Source of the DNA: Hyphomicrobiales bacterium
GTDB lineage: Bacteria; Pseudomonadota; Alphaproteobacteria; Rhizobiales; Methyloligellaceae
Assembly: GCA_021775555.1 (NCBI GenBank)
Contig: JAJFHP010000046.1
Location: forward strand, 10,639 to 74,638
Direction of reading: 5' to 3'
DNA: 64,000 nucleotides
The notes beneath the pieces were generated by a model that worked only from the letters and a program-made list of their open reading frames with translations, was not told where the DNA came from and ran no database searches. How positions within the stretch are numbered: position 1 is the first letter of the stretch; each line of letters starts with the position of its first letter. This document shows positions 27,890-38,100 of this stretch, one piece after another. A program made the position numbers and the translations under genes.

Positions 27890-28810
27890 ATGAACTATTT
27901 TCGCACCGCCATCCTGCTCGCCGCCATGACAGCATTGTTCATGTCCGTGGGTGCCATGATCGGCGGACAGTCCGGCATGACGATCGCCTTCTTCATAGCG
28001 CTGGCCATGAATGCCTTCAGCTACTGGAATTCCGACAAGATGGTGCTGCGCATGCATGGTGCGCGCGAGGTCGATGAGAGTTCCGCTCCCGGCTACTATA
28101 CTATGGTGCGTGATCTTGCGGCGAAAGCTGAGTTGCCCATGCCACGCGTCTACATCATGGAGAATGACCAGCCCAACGCTTTTGCCACCGGGCGCAACCC
28201 GGAAAATGCAGCCGTGGCGGCGACCACCGGATTGCTGAGCGCGCTTAGTGAGGAAGAGATTGCGGGCGTGATGGCGCACGAGCTCGCGCATATCAAGAAC
28301 CACGACACGCTGACCATGACCATCACCGCAACCATCGCCGGCGCCATATCCATGCTTGCCAATTTCGGCATGTTCTTCGGCGGCAGCCGTGACAATAATA
28401 ACCCTTTCGGGTTCATCGGCATGATCGCTGTCATGTTACTCGCCCCCATTGCTGCAGCGCTCGTGCAGATGGCAATCTCGCGGTCGCGTGAATATGAAGC
28501 CGACAAGCTCGGTGCGCAGATTTCCCGCAATCCTCTGTGGCTGGCCTCGGCGCTTGAGCGAATGTCGGTCATCACCAAGCAGGTTCCAAACATGGCGGCG
28601 GAACGCAACCCAGCGAGCGCACACATGTTCATTCTCAACCCGCTGTCGGGCGCACGCATGGACAATCTGTTTTCAACCCACCCCAATACCGAAAACCGCA
28701 TTGCGCGGCTCAGGCAGATGGCGCAAGACTTGACCCTAAGATCGCCGGTCGTCACCAGTACAACCGGTTCCGTGCCCGTGACCGGCGGAAAACCCGGTCC
28801 CTGGGGATAG
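27890..28810 (+). CDS. htpX: zinc metalloprotease HtpX
   Basis: [14 protein letters not shown]-terminus, [16 protein letters not shown] (HExxH), four TM segments. Confidence 0.92.
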   Translation: MNYFRTAILLAAMTALFMSVGAMIGGQSGMTIAFFIALAMNAFSYWNSDKMVLRMHGAREVDESSAPGYYTMVRDLAAKAELPMPRVYIMENDQPNAFATGRNPENAAVAATTGLLSALSEEEIAGVMAHELAHIKNHDTLTMTITATIAGAISMLANFGMFFGGSRDNNNPFGFIGMIAVMLLAPIAAALVQMAISRSREYEADKLGAQISRNPLWLASALERMSVITKQVPNMAAERNPASAHMFILNPLSGARMDNLFSTHPNTENRIARLRQMAQDLTLRSPVVTSTTGSVPVTGGKPGPWG

Positions 28811-28829
28811 AGGTGGGTTAGTAAAGCAT

Positions 28830-30209
28830 TTGACTGAGAATCAATCTTCCCAGCAAAGCCGCGATGCCAGACTGGCTCGTGAGCATGGCGTCGGCCTGCC
28901 TGCCCGGCGTGCTGCCGTATCCCTTCTCAAGGCGGTGCTGCGGGATCGGCAGCCACTGGATGACGCGCTCACCAACTCCCCGGCCGCTCGTGAAATGGCA
29001 ACCTTGGCCGAGCGCGACCGCGGGCTGGCACGCGCAATTACGTCCACGGTGCTGCGCCACAAGGGTCAGCTGGACGCGGTACTGGATGCTTTTCTCGACA
29101 AGAAGCTTCCCAAGCGTTCAGGAAGCTTGCGTGAAATACTGCTATCGGCCGCCTGCCAGCTGCAATTATTGAACATACCTGCCCATGCAGCGATTGATTT
29201 GGCCGTGCGCCAGTGCAAGCAGGACAGGAATGCACGCCATTTCGACAGGCTGGCGAACGCCGTGCTGCGCCGCGTGGCCGAGCAGGGGCCAGATATCGTG
29301 AAGGGGCAGGATGCGGCCAGGATGAATACACCGGAATGGCTGTGGACGCGCTGGGTGAAATTTTTTGGCGAGGAAACCACCCGCCGAGTGGCGCAAGCGC
29401 ACATGCAGGGCGCCGCCCTCGACCTCACGGTAAAACAAAATCCGCAGGACTGGGCACAGCGTTTGGGCGGTATCGTGCTGGACACGGGCAGCGTGCGCCT
29501 TGAAGCAACTGGCCGCATTGAAAACCTGGACGGGTTCGAGGATGGAGCATGGTGGATACAGGATACCGCCGCTGCTCTCCCCGCGCGCCTGCTTGGGGAC
29601 ATCACGGGCAAGCGCGTGGCGGATTTATGCGCCGCACCCGGTGGCAAGAGTGCACAACTGGCTCATGCGGGCGCGAATGTGACTTGCCTCGACAGTTCGA
29701 AGCGGCGTCTGGAGCGGCTCAATGAAAACATGACGCGGCTTGGCCTGGATGTAACATGCATCGTCGCGGACGCCACCAAGTGGTCGCCGGATGAACGCTT
29801 CGATGCCGTGTTGCTGGATGCGCCCTGCACCGGCACCGGCACGCTCAGACGACATCCGGATATCGCCCATCTTAAAAGTTCAAAAGACCTGAAAGAGCTG
29901 ACTGACCTTCAGGCCAAAATTCTGCACCATGCGGTGACGCTGGTGCGCCCGGGGGGCACGCTTGTCTATTGCACCTGCTCGCTGGAGCCTGAAGAAGGTG
30001 AGAATCAGATCGCGAGGCTGATCGAGGAGATGCCGGACATACAAACCGAACCGATTCGTTTGGAGGAAGTGTCTGGCCATGAGAGCTGGTTGAACAACCA
30101 GGGCCATTTGCGAACATTGCCGTTTGATCTTGAAGCAGGATCCGGAAAAATGGCGGGAATGGACGGTTTTTTTGCTGCCCGGCTCGTCATCGGAGGCGGC
30201 GGGAATTGA
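28830..30209 (+). CDS. rsmB: 16S rRNA (cytosine-C5)-methyltransferase RsmB/Sun family
   Basis: NusB-like N-domain, SAM motif DLCAAPGGKS, catalytic DAPCTGTGTLRRHPD and TCS. Apparent TTG start. Confidence 0.85.
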   Translation: MTENQSSQQSRDARLAREHGVGLPARRAAVSLLKAVLRDRQPLDDALTNSPAAREMATLAERDRGLARAITSTVLRHKGQLDAVLDAFLDKKLPKRSGSLREILLSAACQLQLLNIPAHAAIDLAVRQCKQDRNARHFDRLANAVLRRVAEQGPDIVKGQDAARMNTPEWLWTRWVKFFGEETTRRVAQAHMQGAALDLTVKQNPQDWAQRLGGIVLDTGSVRLEATGRIENLDGFEDGAWWIQDTAAALPARLLGDITGKRVADLCAAPGGKSAQLAHAGANVTCLDSSKRRLERLNENMTRLGLDVTCIVADATKWSPDERFDAVLLDAPCTGTGTLRRHPDIAHLKSSKDLKELTDLQAKILHHAVTLVRPGGTLVYCTCSLEPEEGENQIARLIEEMPDIQTEPIRLEEVSGHESWLNNQGHLRTLPFDLEAGSGKMAGMDGFFAARLVIGGGGN

Positions 30210-30287
30210 TGCCTGTCTCCAGCCCCTTGATCGAGGAAGCAACACGCTCAACAATAACCAAACCCGGGCCGGAAATAGCCTGTATCC

Positions 30288-32111
30288 ATGCTTTCCCGTC
30301 GAGGGTTAAGAATTTGTTTGGGACGATCCATGATCGTTGACACGATATCCACCCGCGCGCGTCTGACCACATCGGCAACTCGGAACGCGGGCCGGCACGC
30401 CTGGCGATGGCTGCTGCGTTCGCCTCTCCTGCGCTGGCGCTATCATGGGGATCCGATTGATCATCTCCTGATCATGCCGCAGGATTTGCGCACTGGCGAT
30501 CCGAGTTTTGCCAGTGAAATCTACAGCGGGCATCTAGGGCTTGCTGGCGAGGTCGCGCTGCTCGGGACAGAGTCTCCTTTTACCATTCCCCCTCCAAGTG
30601 ATGGATGGGAACGCGAACTGCATGGCTTCGGGTGGCTGCGCCATCTGAGGGCCGCCCATGACGAGATTTCCCACGAGCATGGACGCACTCTGGTGCGCGA
30701 CTGGATATCGCTGCACAGAGAGCCGCATGGCCTCGCGTGGGAGCCGGAGATCACAGCAAGACGAATAATCTCGTGGCTGTCTCATGCCTCCATCTTCGTC
30801 GAGGGCGCAGATGAGGTTTTCTATGACCTGGTGATGCGTTCCTTCGCAATGCAGTTTCGGTATCTGCGTTCCTCCTACAAAGATGCACCTGATGGCGTGC
30901 CCCGGCTCACCGCGATCATTGCCCTTTCCCTGGCGGGCTTATGTGCTGATGAAAAAAACCCTTCCTCTTTCTCTCGCCCCAAGGCGCTGTCGGAAGAGTT
31001 AAAACGGCAGATCCTCGCGGATGGTGGCCATATCAGCCGCAATCCGGGCGCTCTTATAGAGCTATTGCTCGATCTTCTACCGCTGCGTCAATGCTATATA
31101 GCCCGCGACCAGATCCCTCCGCAGGAATTGTTGAGCGCCATTGACCGCATGATGCCCATGCTGCGTTTCTTCCAGATCGGCGACCAGGGCTTTGCCCATT
31201 TCAACGGTATGGGACACACACCCATGGAATCCCTTGCAGCGCTGATGGTTCATGATGATGTTCGCGGCAAACCGGTATCTCATGCTGACAAGACCGGGTA
31301 TTGCAGATTGATTTCAGGAAACAGCATTCTCATCGTTGATACCGGGCACGCGCCTCCCATTTCACTCAGTGGCGACGCCCATGCCGGGAGCCTGTCATTC
31401 GAAATGAGCAGCGGAAACCACTCGCTTATCGTCAATTGTGGTGTGCCCATGCGCGATGAACCGGAGTGGCGCACCGTCGCGCGCGCAACAGCGGCCCACT
31501 CGACGTTGGTGTTTTGCGACAGTTCCTCATCACATCTGGTAGGCGGTGGTTCACCAGCCACTTCCAGCGACTCAGCACGCCTCTCGGGTCCGGTAAATGT
31601 GCAGGCGGTGCTTAAATCCGGAACAGACACCGCGGAATTGCGCGCCTCCCATGACGGTTATGACCAGAGATACGGCGTCACCCATGTGCGCCGTTTGAGA
31701 CTGGCCGCGAATGGAGAGTTACTGATGGGCATTGATCAGCTCATCGCCCCAAATAGCCTGAAAGGGAGCGCACGTGAAAATGGTGGGGAGTTCGCTATCC
31801 GCTTTCACCTGCATCCTTCCACGCGCGCGGAAGTTTCCCAGGACGGGCAAAGTGTCCTCATTTCTCTCTCCGATCACGAAGGATGGCGGCTATCTTCAAA
31901 AGAGGGCACCGTTCTGATCGAGGAAAGCGTATTCCTCGCCGACGTCAAGGGACCGCGCCGTTCATCCCAGATTGTCATTCATGGCTCCATGGGCGCCGCC
32001 AACGAGGTCAAGGTCAACTGGAGCCTGGAGCATATTTCACAAGCTGGCGGCAAACCATCCGTGCGGAACGAAACCGATAAGGAAAACTCCGAATTGCCGC
32101 TTGAGGAATGA
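30288..32111 (+). CDS. heparinase II/III-like family protein
   Basis: 607 aa. Size, position between rsmB and purH and overall pattern are as in rhizobial heparinase II/III-like proteins. I verified no specific catalytic motif. Confidence 0.55.
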   Translation: MLSRRGLRICLGRSMIVDTISTRARLTTSATRNAGRHAWRWLLRSPLLRWRYHGDPIDHLLIMPQDLRTGDPSFASEIYSGHLGLAGEVALLGTESPFTIPPPSDGWERELHGFGWLRHLRAAHDEISHEHGRTLVRDWISLHREPHGLAWEPEITARRIISWLSHASIFVEGADEVFYDLVMRSFAMQFRYLRSSYKDAPDGVPRLTAIIALSLAGLCADEKNPSSFSRPKALSEELKRQILADGGHISRNPGALIELLLDLLPLRQCYIARDQIPPQELLSAIDRMMPMLRFFQIGDQGFAHFNGMGHTPMESLAALMVHDDVRGKPVSHADKTGYCRLISGNSILIVDTGHAPPISLSGDAHAGSLSFEMSSGNHSLIVNCGVPMRDEPEWRTVARATAAHSTLVFCDSSSSHLVGGGSPATSSDSARLSGPVNVQAVLKSGTDTAELRASHDGYDQRYGVTHVRRLRLAANGELLMGIDQLIAPNSLKGSARENGGEFAIRFHLHPSTRAEVSQDGQSVLISLSDHEGWRLSSKEGTVLIEESVFLADVKGPRRSSQIVIHGSMGAANEVKVNWSLEHISQAGGKPSVRNETDKENSELPLEE

Positions 32112-32192
32112 GCCTGTATGGGCGCAATTTGCCGTATTTCACCATTGCGCCATTCATGCTAACCCGGCGACTTGCTAGGGCCTGAGGATGTT

Positions 32193-33785
32193 ATGTCTCC
32201 AACCAATGTAAAAATCGAACGGGCGCTGATTTCAGTTTCCGATAAATCGGGAATTGCGGATCTGGCGCGTCAGCTTGGCGATGCTGGCGTCGAAATTATC
32301 TCGACGGGCGGAACCGCGTCCCTGCTCCGGGACGAGGGTCTTTCCGTCAAGGACGTATCGGAGATCACCGGCTTCCCGGAAATGATGGACGGGCGGCTGA
32401 AGACGCTGCATCCGAAAGTTCATGGTGGCCTGTTGGCCGTGCGCGGCAACGAGGATCACGCGCGCGCTCAGGCCGAGCATGCAATGGCCAATATCGACCT
32501 GCTGATTGTGAACCTCTATCCCTTCGAGGAAACGGTCGCCAAGGGCGCTGATTTCGACACCTGCATCGAGAATATCGACATTGGCGGTCCTGCCATGATC
32601 CGTGCCGCGGCAAAGAACCATGCCGGCGTTGCCGTGGTTGTGGACCCTGGGGACTATGACAAGTTGCTGGGAGATATGGGACAGCATGATGGCGCGACCT
32701 GCCCCAAATTCCGCCGCAAGCTCGCAGCCAAGGCTTATGCCCGCACGGGCGCTTACGATGCTGCCATTTCAACATGGTTCGCTGACCAGCTGGACATCGA
32801 CACGCCCGACACCCGCATCTTTTCGGGCAAGCTTTCGCAGACGCTTCGTTACGGCGAAAACCCGCACCAGAATGCTGCTTTCTACACAACAGGTGAACCC
32901 CGCCCCGGCGTTGCCACCGCGCGGCAAATACAGGGCAAGGAGCTCAGCTACAACAATCTGAACGATACCGACGCGGCCTATGAACTGGTGGCGGAGTTTG
33001 ACCCTGACAAAAGCGCTGCCGTCGCCATCATCAAGCACGCCAACCCGTGCGGCGTGGCAACCGCACCCTCAATCACACAAGCTTATGAGCTGGCGCTGCG
33101 ATGCGACCCGACGAGTGCGTTTGGCGGCATCGTTGCGCTCAATCAAAAGCTTGATGCAGAATCGGCAAAAGCAATCTCGCAAATCTTCACAGAGGTGATC
33201 ATTGCACCCGATGCATCTGAAGATGCCCTCGCTATTCTGGCCAAGAAGAAAAACCTGCGCGTTTTGCTGGCCGGCGGCCTGCCTGACGCGGGCTCTCAAG
33301 GGATCACCATGAAAATGCTTGCTGGCGGTTTTCTTGTACAGAGCCGTGACAATGGCCGGGTGGGTGAACTTGAACTCAAAACCGTCACGAAGCGCGCACC
33401 AAGAGATCAGGAGCTTGCCGATCTCAAATTCGCCTTCACAGTCGCCAAGCACGTCAAATCTAACGCCATCGTGTACGCGAAAGATGGCTCTACCGTGGGC
33501 ATTGGCGCCGGTCAGATGAGCCGTATCGACTCATCGCGTATCGCTGCTTTGAAAGCCAGGGACGCCTCCGATGAGGCTGGTTTGAAGGAAACGTTGACCA
33601 TGGGCTCCGTTGTGGCGTCCGATGCGTTCTTCCCCTTCGCCGACGGGCTGATTACGGCCATCAAGGCGGGCGCGACCGCAGTCATCCAGCCCGGTGGATC
33701 GATGCGCGATGATGAAGTGATCGCGGCGGCGGATGAAGCGGGTGTCGCCATGGTCTTTACGGGAATGCGACACTTCCGGCATTAG
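32193..33785 (+). CDS. purH: bifunctional AICAR transformylase / IMP cyclohydrolase
   Basis: [38 protein letters not shown]-terminal QPGGSMRD...FTGMRHFRH. Confidence 0.95.
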   Translation: MSPTNVKIERALISVSDKSGIADLARQLGDAGVEIISTGGTASLLRDEGLSVKDVSEITGFPEMMDGRLKTLHPKVHGGLLAVRGNEDHARAQAEHAMANIDLLIVNLYPFEETVAKGADFDTCIENIDIGGPAMIRAAAKNHAGVAVVVDPGDYDKLLGDMGQHDGATCPKFRRKLAAKAYARTGAYDAAISTWFADQLDIDTPDTRIFSGKLSQTLRYGENPHQNAAFYTTGEPRPGVATARQIQGKELSYNNLNDTDAAYELVAEFDPDKSAAVAIIKHANPCGVATAPSITQAYELALRCDPTSAFGGIVALNQKLDAESAKAISQIFTEVIIAPDASEDALAILAKKKNLRVLLAGGLPDAGSQGITMKMLAGGFLVQSRDNGRVGELELKTVTKRAPRDQELADLKFAFTVAKHVKSNAIVYAKDGSTVGIGAGQMSRIDSSRIAALKARDASDEAGLKETLTMGSVVASDAFFPFADGLITAIKAGATAVIQPGGSMRDDEVIAAADEAGVAMVFTGMRHFRH

Positions 33786-33789
33786 GCAG

Positions 33790-35169
33790 CTAGCGTTCTT
33801 CTTCCACGCTCAGCAGAAGAGCCAATCCCAACACCAGAAAAATCGCGATGCTGGCGATGCCCAGTCGCTGGTCGCCCGTCATCGCGGTGACGAGCGAGAC
33901 CGTAAGCGGTGCGGCAAAGGCGGTTACCTTCCCGGAAAAAGCAAACAGACCAAAAAATTCGGTTGCCATATCGGGCGGGGTGATCCGCGCCAGCAAGGAT
34001 CTGGAGGACGCCTGGATCGGCCCTGAAACAAGACCAATGCCTGCGGCAAAGGCCATATAGACCTTCTCGCCAACGCTCGAAAACACTCCGTCAGCGGCAT
34101 TGGCGGGGGCAGTCTCCACCACGTAGAAAATGCTCGTGCCGTCCACCGACAGCACGCCGGCACAGGCAACCATCAGACCAAGCAGACCCCAGATGATGAC
34201 CGTGCGCGCCCCGAAACGGTCATCGAGCGGACCGCCAATGAAAGCCCCGATTGCAGCTGTGACGGTAATGACAATTCCAAACAGGCCGAGCTCTGCCGCC
34301 GTCCAGTTGAACAGAGACGCGGCATAAAGACCTCCAAAAACGAAGATCGCGCCAAGCCCGTCGGCATAGAGCATGCGTGCCGTTAAAAACCTGACGATGT
34401 TCCCATAGTGCCGCACGTGGAGGAGCGTCTCGCGCAACTGCTTGAGGCCGCGTTTGACGGCGCTTCCGGGACCATTGACGCTTTTGCCGGAGCCGATATC
34501 GGGCGTAAACAGAAACAATGGCAGGACGAATATCGCGTACCAGAGCGCCGACAGTGGCCCGATCAGCCGCTCGCCTTCATGATCGAGAGAGTTGAGGGGC
34601 AGGATCGGCTCCAGACCCATCATGGTTTTGCCGGTTTCGCCGTCAGCCACGATCAGCCCGGCGGCCAGAACCAGGGATACCAGACCGCCCGCATAGCCAA
34701 CCGCCCAGCCGGTGCCGCTCAAGCGCCCCAGCCGGTCTGGCGGCACGAGGCCCGGCATCATGGCATTGGTAAAAACGGTAGCGATTTCCGCCGCCACGCT
34801 TGCAATGATTATTCCCGCGATCACGGGCACGAGTTGTGCGGATTGTCCCGGCGCTGCCAACCAAAGCGTACAAAGCCCGGCAATGAGCGCAAGAGAGGAG
34901 ACTGCAATCCACGGCTTGCGTTTGCCCGATGCGTCGGCAATGGCGCCAAGGACGGGGGAGAGCAGGGCCACAATGACGCCGGCCGCCGCCGTGGTGTAAC
35001 CCCACAGCTCCTGCCCCCAGGCAGCGTCTCCAATAAACGTGGAGGCAAAATAGGGGGCAAAAAGGAAGGTCAGAACGAGGGTGTAGAAAGGCTGCGCCGC
35101 CCAGTCGAACATGACCCACCCGGCCAGCGCGCGCGGGGGTACGGATTGCATTTTACTCACCATTGTCAA
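33790..35169 (-). CDS. MFS transporter (UMF1/Atg22-like)
   Basis: 459 aa, about 12 TM. N-terminus WVMFDWAAQPFYTLVLTF is typical of UMF1-type MFS. Confidence 0.75.
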   Translation of the reverse strand: MTMVSKMQSVPPRALAGWVMFDWAAQPFYTLVLTFLFAPYFASTFIGDAAWGQELWGYTTAAAGVIVALLSPVLGAIADASGKRKPWIAVSSLALIAGLCTLWLAAPGQSAQLVPVIAGIIIASVAAEIATVFTNAMMPGLVPPDRLGRLSGTGWAVGYAGGLVSLVLAAGLIVADGETGKTMMGLEPILPLNSLDHEGERLIGPLSALWYAIFVLPLFLFTPDIGSGKSVNGPGSAVKRGLKQLRETLLHVRHYGNIVRFLTARMLYADGLGAIFVFGGLYAASLFNWTAAELGLFGIVITVTAAIGAFIGGPLDDRFGARTVIIWGLLGLMVACAGVLSVDGTSIFYVVETAPANAADGVFSSVGEKVYMAFAAGIGLVSGPIQASSRSLLARITPPDMATEFFGLFAFSGKVTAFAAPLTVSLVTAMTGDQRLGIASIAIFLVLGLALLLSVEEER

Positions 35170-35189
35170 TGGTTGCGCCCGTTAAGGTC

Positions 35190-38100
35190 TCACGAGGGGC
35201 TGAGGTCGCGCAAATGCCCGACGGCAACCATCAGCCGGGACAGGCTGGCTTCATCGCCATCGAGAATTTCATTCAGCGCGCGCTTAGTGCGGTCCGCCTG
35301 CAGGGCATTGGCTTGATACCATTTCTGGAAATTCGCCTTTTTGCCAGAAGCGTTACGCACCACTTCCTGGGCGACTGAGCGCTGGGCATCCGCCATGGCG
35401 CTCATAGCTGAATTGATCGCCAGCCGGTCGAAATAATCGGTCAGAAGCAACCGCTGGCTAATGTCCTTCAACTCATCAAGCCTGAAGAATGCGGCCAGGT
35501 CAAAATGTACCGAGGCAATTTCCAGGACGGGTCGTTTCACGGCATGGGCAACCAGAACCATGTCCGGAGCGTCATCCATGAACCTCAATTCGGCCAGCTT
35601 TCTTGCCAGCGGAGCCGGCAGGCCCGCTCCCTTCAGGGCATCCATATCCTGCCTCATCGACTCTTTATGGGAAGCGGTAAGAATGGAGTTCAGGCTCTTT
35701 GAAAGCTGTGCGAGCCCATTACGGAAGGTATCAATTTCCCCGGTCAGCCCTTTCTTCAGTGACACATGACGCAGGAACCAGGCGGTCTGCATACGGACAA
35801 GATCCTGGACCCTGAGATACAGATCGAGCTGCATCTCGCCGGGGATCTTGTTATCCAGCCTATCTATGTCCGAGAACAGCTCTTCCAGCCCGAAGATTGC
35901 CTGCGCCGCGGCGAAGGCCATCACCACCTCGTCCGCTCCGTGCCCTGTTTCCTCCCTCAAACGCACCGGCATGCTCGCACCGCCACGGTTGATGACCGCA
36001 TTGGTGAGTTGCGTGGCAATGATCTCGCGTCTCAACCTGTGCGAAGCGATCTCTTCAGGATAATTCTTCAGCAGGGTTTTCGGGAAATAGCTTTCAAGCT
36101 CGCGCACGAAATAGGGGTCGTCCGGAACCTTGGAGTCAACCAGCGCCTCGTAAAGGTCGATCTTGGCGTAGGCAAGAAGCACGGCAAGCTCGGGGCGGGT
36201 GAGCGAGAGCTGCTGCTGCTGGAGTTCGGAAATCTCCATATCATCGGGCAGGAATTCGAGTTCCCTGTCCAGTAACCCGGATATTTCCAGATCCTTCATC
36301 AGCCGTTGCTGGAAGCTTAAATCAGATGCGCCCCTGCGCTCTGCGAGCGAAATGGCAAGAGTCTGAAGATAATTATTTTCAAGACAGGCCTCCGCCACCT
36401 CGTCGGTCATTTTGGGCAAGAAGACATTGCGCTCATCCAAGGTCAGCTTGCCAGCGGCAATCGCCGCACCCATGGCAATTTTGATATTGACCTCCTGGTC
36501 GGATGAATTCACGCCGGCGGAATTGTCGATTGCGTCCGTGTTCACGCGTCCGCCCGCGCGGGCGAATTCAATGCGTGCATCCTGGGTCATGCCAAGATTG
36601 GCGCCCTCTCCGATGGCCTTCACATTCAACTCGCTTGCCTTCACGCGGATGGCGTCATTGGCGCGATCGCCGATCTGTTCATCGCTCTCGATCGCGCCTC
36701 CCACATAGGTGCCGATGCCGCCGAACCAGAGCAGATCGAAGGAGGATTTGAGCAGCGCGCGAATAAGGTCATTCGGCGTCACGTCGTTGGCCTCGATCCC
36801 CGTGATCTGCTTGATCTGCGGGTTCAGACGGATGGACTTGGCCGCGCGGGAAAAAATGCCGCCGCCCTTGGAAATAAATTTCTTGTTGTAGTCTTGCCAG
36901 CTTGAGCGGCCTTTTTTAAACAGCCGGTCGCGCTCCTTCCAGCTTGAGGCGGGATCAGGGTCGGGATCGATAAAGATATCGCGATGGTCGAAGGCGACGA
37001 CCAATTGTATTTCTTTTGACAACAGCATCCCGTTGCCGAACACGTCACCGGACATATCGCCAACGCCAATAACGCGAAATGGCGTCGTCTGGATATCCCA
37101 GTCGATTTCCCGGAAATGCCGCTTGACCGACTCCCAGCCGCCGCGCGCGGTGATGCCCATCTTCTTGTGGTCATAACCAACTGACCCGCCGGATGCGAAG
37201 GCGTCACCCAGCCAGAAGCCGTGATTGACCGAAATCTCGTTGGCAAAATCGGAAAAGGTTGCCGTGCCCTTGTCGGCCGCAACAACCAGGTAGGGATCAT
37301 CGCCATCGAAGCGCACGGTATCTTTCGGCGGAATGACCTTTTTACCGTCAAGATTATCGGTGAGCAGCAGCAGGTTTTTGATAAACTTCTGATAGGCGGC
37401 AATACCGATCTTCATGAACTCGTCGCGATTGGTGGCCTGCCAGAGATATTTCGGCACGAACCCGCCTTTTGATCCGGCCGGCACGATGACCACATTCTTG
37501 ACCTGCTGCGCCTTGGCGAGACCAAGAACCTCGGTGCGGAAATCCTGGGCGCGGTCCGACCAGCGCAAACCGCCACGGGCAATCCGGCCACCACGCAAAT
37601 GCAGGCCCTCCACCTCCGTTGAAAAGACGAAAATCTCCGCAATCGGTCTTGGATGTGGCGCGCCATCCACATTCTCGCTGTCAAATTTAAATGAAATTGC
37701 CGGCAGCGGTCCCCCGCCTTCTCCTCGCTGGTAGAAATTCGTGCGCAGTGTCGACTGGACCAGGTTGAGATGATGGCGAATGATCCGGTCTTCATCGAGT
37801 GAGGGGATATCATTCAGAGCAGTTTCTATGGCTGACACGTGGGGTCTGACTGCCTTGCGCCTGGCCTCTATTGTCTTTCCATTTGCCGGGTCAAACATGG
37901 TGCGGAACATCGCCATCAGCTTGCGGGTGATTACAGCGTGGTTCAGCATCGTATCGGCCAGGTAGGCTTGGCCAAATGCCACACCAATCTGGCGTAAATA
38001 GGAACCGTATGCCCTGATGACAGCCGCCTCGCGCCAGTCGAGACCGGCATTCAAAACCAGCTTGTTGAAGGCGTCAGAGCCGGCAATGCCGCGCCACACA

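Noticed and set aside
34408-35316. 302-aa plus-strand ORF antisense to the MFS transporter gene.
   Set aside because: It lies entirely inside a well-supported minus-strand gene. The Arg/Gly/Pro-rich composition is typical of shadow ORFs in GC-rich DNA, and it has no motif or RBS.
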